Made by a program: the position numbers and the translations under genes
Assembly (NCBI GenBank): GCA_963779615.1
Contig: CAVZZA010000005.1
Span: 672,001 to 736,000, forward strand
Length of the DNA: 64,000 nt
Direction of reading: 5' to 3'
Source: an uncultured Nitrososphaeraceae archaeon
Lineage (GTDB): Archaea > Thermoproteota > Nitrososphaeria > Nitrososphaerales > Nitrososphaeraceae
Notes under the pieces: generated by a model
The model's database searches: none
The model's input: the letters and a program-made list of their open reading frames with translations, nothing else
Told to the model about the DNA's origin: nothing
In this document: positions 60,927-64,000 of the stretch, piece after piece
Numbering within the stretch: the stretch's first letter is position 1
Layout of the letters: each line of letters begins with the position of its first letter

Positions 60927-61964
60927 TTATTGATTCATAACATGATTCTCAATCCACCTTGAGACAAGACGTTCAGTATTTTGCAATACAACAATTCGGG
61001 AAATCTCACTTTCGTCCATTGTTGAATATCCTAAAAGATGTTTTTTGATGCCTTGCGAAAAGTTTTGGACCTCATCCATTTCCAACATATTAGACTCCTC
61101 CAATCTGTTGATGGACATTCCTACATGCATGTATGACTTTAGTTCAATAAAATGAGGCGATCCTTTTTTTAACAAATTAGCAAATTCTGAATAATACTTT
61201 TTATCATCATTGAAATTACGTATTAAAGTCATTCGTAAAACGGTTCTTGTTTTTGCTTCGGAAATAAATTGTAAACTTTGTAACCATCTTTCCCAAGCGT
61301 CTTTGTGTCTCGGGCCATTTATCTTGTAAAACATATTCTTGTTGGAGGCATTAGTGGACAAGTAGATTTGGGTTGGTAGTGCGTTTTCATCCTGAAGTTT
61401 GTATAGCATGTCTGGCTCTTGGCCATTAGTAACTAGAAAAATTGATTTGGTCGCTTTTAATGTGTATAAATACTTTATAAGAGCGGGTAATTTTGGATAC
61501 ATCGTTGGCTCTCCGGAAAGGGAAATAGCATAATGCTCTGGAAAAAAAGATTCATCCAATTTTGTAGTATTGACGTCCTTTTTACCATAAAATCCAACCA
61601 ATAGCTTCCTCCTTTCTTCCAAAAGGTTATGGACAATTGTTTTTGGATCATCAACTAAATGCTCAGGCATTTCCAGAGTATCATAAAATTCTGCAGGTCT
61701 CCAACAATAAATGCATCTATTCTCGCAGTTCATTGCGCATGGAGTCATTTCCATACACCTATGAGTGGAAATTCCATAGAATTTGTGTTTATAGCAAGAA
61801 GATTCAGTCGAAAAAGATTTTTTTGTATAGTGACACAGTTCTACAGCAGAGTGATTAAATACGCCGTATTTTGCTTTGCTTAATTTTTTTTTTACAGATG
61901 GGGTAATTTGGATCAGATTGTCATCAGAATAGCTATGAGAATACACTTCACCAGAACAGCTCAT
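60927..61964 (-). CDS. taw1: 4-demethylwyosine synthase Taw1/TYW1 (radical SAM)
   Basis: CYKHKFYGISTHRC, CENRCIYCWR, AISLSGEPT, FLVTNG, ELKSYMHVG; start placed at ATG 61964. Confidence 0.95.
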   Translation of the reverse strand: MSCSGEVYSHSYSDDNLIQITPSVKKKLSKAKYGVFNHSAVELCHYTKKSFSTESSCYKHKFYGISTHRCMEMTPCAMNCENRCIYCWRPAEFYDTLEMPEHLVDDPKTIVHNLLEERRKLLVGFYGKKDVNTTKLDESFFPEHYAISLSGEPTMYPKLPALIKYLYTLKATKSIFLVTNGQEPDMLYKLQDENALPTQIYLSTNASNKNMFYKINGPRHKDAWERWLQSLQFISEAKTRTVLRMTLIRNFNDDKKYYSEFANLLKKGSPHFIELKSYMHVGMSINRLEESNMLEMDEVQNFSQGIKKHLLGYSTMDESEISRIVVLQNTERLVSRWIENHVMNQ

Positions 61965-62093
61965 TTTAGTTTTTAGATAATGTACAAATATAAGTTTTAA
62001 AAACAAAAACAAATATGGAAATAGTTTAACAATACATTTGTGAAACTTTAAAACAATTATATATTATTGCGAAATATTTACTTTTGAAAACGT

Positions 62094-62195
62094 GGCCTTC
62101 GTAGTATAGCCTGGTTAGTATAGGCGGCTGTGGACGTCAATGCTTAAAGTGACGATAGAAACCGCTCGAGGAGGGTTCAAATCCCTCCGAAGGCC
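62094..62195 (+). tRNA. tRNA-His(GTG) with encoded G-1 and a 27-nt intron at 37/38 (62134-62160)
   Basis: Acceptor GCCTTCG/CGAAGGC, C73 discriminator, GGTTCAAATCC T-arm, canonical bulge-helix-bulge (CTGT/ATAG helix, CGTCA/TGACG stem). Confidence 0.95.
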
Positions 62196-62602
62196 TTTTC
62201 AATACAAAGTTATTAGCAACAGTAGTATTTGGAGATATAATGAAAATGGAAGGTAGCTTATAAAATTTTCATTTTTCCTTCATTTAATATAGATAATGTT
62301 TTCAAATACAAGCCTAGTGCTAAATGGATCGAGATGCATTAGAGATAGAATTGGTACACTTTTTGATTTTATCGGATCTCATCTATATAGATGGAGATTT
62401 CCTTTTTACACAGGTACAAGTTATATCCATAATACTAGAAATGTCTTGATCTTGTAGAAATTATGTCGGTCTTAGAGAGGAGTCGTATCATAATACATAT
62501 AAAAGTATGAAAAAAGTTAGAAACCGGTTAAAAAATTGCATTTTTAGAAAACTAACAAAAGTTAAGAATAAAATATAACAATATCTATTTTCAAGTAATA
62601 AA

Positions 62603-62800
62603 ATGGAACAAGTTAAGACTTTCGAGCACAATCAACGTGTTACGCTTGATAATTTGGTAAATGAATTTCTTAAAGAGATAAGCAGCAAGGGATATGATTT
62701 GTTAGAAATTTACTATAATACAGTTTGGAATCATAACCAAAATTATGCAGAATACAGCGCCACAGTATTATATAATGACAGTAAAGAACAGGACACATAA
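62603..62800 (+). CDS. Small hypothetical protein, Cse60/DUF2758-like
   Basis: QVKTFE..LDNLVNEFL..IYY..YSATVLY pattern; family recalled, not searched. Confidence 0.6.
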   Translation: MEQVKTFEHNQRVTLDNLVNEFLKEISSKGYDLLEIYYNTVWNHNQNYAEYSATVLYNDSKEQDT

Positions 62801-62801
62801 T

Positions 62802-63840
62802 AGACCTCTTGCATAAACCCCTAAACAGCTTTATGACCATCAGATTATGAATTTCAAGTCCTTTCTGCTTTCGTATGACAGGTTATCCAGAAAACCATTG
62901 CTTTTCAAGTCGTTCACCGGCCTAACGGTAAAGGAGTTTGATGACATTTACGATAAGGAGACGGCAAAAAGACACGGCAGGCATAAGATGGGATGTTTAT
63001 CCAAAGAAAAAGACAGGGAACGATCCATATGTACTGGACGACATTTCAAACTGGATGCAAAGGACAGGTTTCTGATGCTGCTTTCATATTACCGTCACTA
63101 CATAACCTGCACGTCGGCTGGATTTTTGTTTGACCGGACCAGAGTAACATCTGCAGGGATACAGAAGATTGAACCATTGGTAAGAAAGTGCGTGCCAATT
63201 CCGAAAAAGATGCACAAATTAACAAAAAGGCTGCGTACACAAGAGAGGTTGAAAAGTGCTTTCCCAGGCATTCTGTCTTTCACAGATTGCACAGAACAGC
63301 AGATACCAAGGCCTGAGAACAAAACAAGAAGAAAGGCGTATTATTCGGATAAGAAAAAAATACATGCTGTAAAGACGCAGATCATGGTTAACAACCATGT
63401 CCTCATCATTCACAAAACAGGCCACAAGAAAGGAAAAAGGCATGACTATGACATCTATAAAAAGAATCACCCTGTCACTCCAAAACAGGTTGTCATCATG
63501 TTTGACCCGGGTTGTATTGGGGTTGGAAAAGACTTTCCAGAACAAACATCATCCATGCCAAAGAAAAAGAAGAGGAACCAAAAAGATCTGCCTAATTAGG
63601 AAAAAGGCTAAAATCAACACCATTCTAAAAAAAGGACAGTGATAGAGCATACTATCTGCAGCCTCAAAATGTACAGGATAATGAGCGATACATCTAGAAA
63701 CAGCCTCAAAAAGTGTGACAAAGTGTCAGATATAGCATCAGGACTGGCAAACTATAGTAGGATAATAAACCACAATTATTAGATGGCAAATTCAAATGAC
63801 ATATGGAATGGTGTTTTGTATTCCTAATTATGCAAGATCT
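62802..63840 (+). mobile_element. Decayed IS5-superfamily element (HTH_Tnp_4 + DDE_Tnp_4 type)
   Basis: TIRs AGACCTCTTGCATAA / TTATGCAAGA--TCT; AAT on both flanks; FKSFTGL, DCTEQQIPRP, YYS.KKK.HAVK, HDY motifs with frameshift and premature stop. Confidence 0.88.
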
Positions 63841-64000
63841 AATGGGTAGATTTTCATATTATTGCTATTTGTAGGACATTTTTAATTACCTACAATGTAT
63901 TTTGTACAATTGAGACTAAAAAATATAATCAACGCCTCATCAAATAATTCTATTCCATCAAGAAGAGACGCGTTTATGACTCGACTATAAGTATAAAAAT

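Noticed and set aside
18837-61883. Numerous antisense and alternate-frame ORFs overlapping core genes
   Set aside because: Shadow ORFs of well-supported genes with no independent signals.

Overview
Archaeal chromosome segment from an ammonia-oxidising thaumarchaeon of the Nitrososphaerales, probably Nitrosocosmicus-like. The placement is inferred from the unsplit RNA polymerase A subunit, unsplit RpoB, the acetyl/propionyl-CoA carboxylase of the 3HP/4HB cycle, G1P dehydrogenase, Taw1 and a BHB-intron tRNA. The first ~18.5 kb is accessory. It opens with a tandem array of six paralogous secreted proteins (one a pseudogene) that share a signal peptide, a ~45-aa Q/N/D-rich two-Cys module and a conserved upstream promoter block, but carry interchangeable C-terminal domains. 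A distant seventh member with YVTN repeats lies at 15.4 kb. Also present are a NYN nuclease, an orphan beta-class DNA methyltransferase, MRJP- and Vgb-like beta-propellers, an unannotated 57-aa secreted CxxC peptide and a frameshifted patatin. From 18.9 kb to 62 kb the window is mostly core genes: acc/pcc operon, rfcL, rpoH-B-A-rpl30e, nusA-rps12-rps7, RPA, Lhr, a divergent aCPSF1, SepF, RNase P proteins, rps3ae, egtB, egsA, FKBP, taw1 and tRNA-His. It also holds a probable C/D-box sRNA, a cryptic isoprenoid-synthase-fold protein and three decayed IS elements (IS6, IS630, IS5-like). Three single-base frameshifts in homopolymers, including one in rfcL, suggest some sequencing error. All family calls come from motif recognition by eye; no database search was run.
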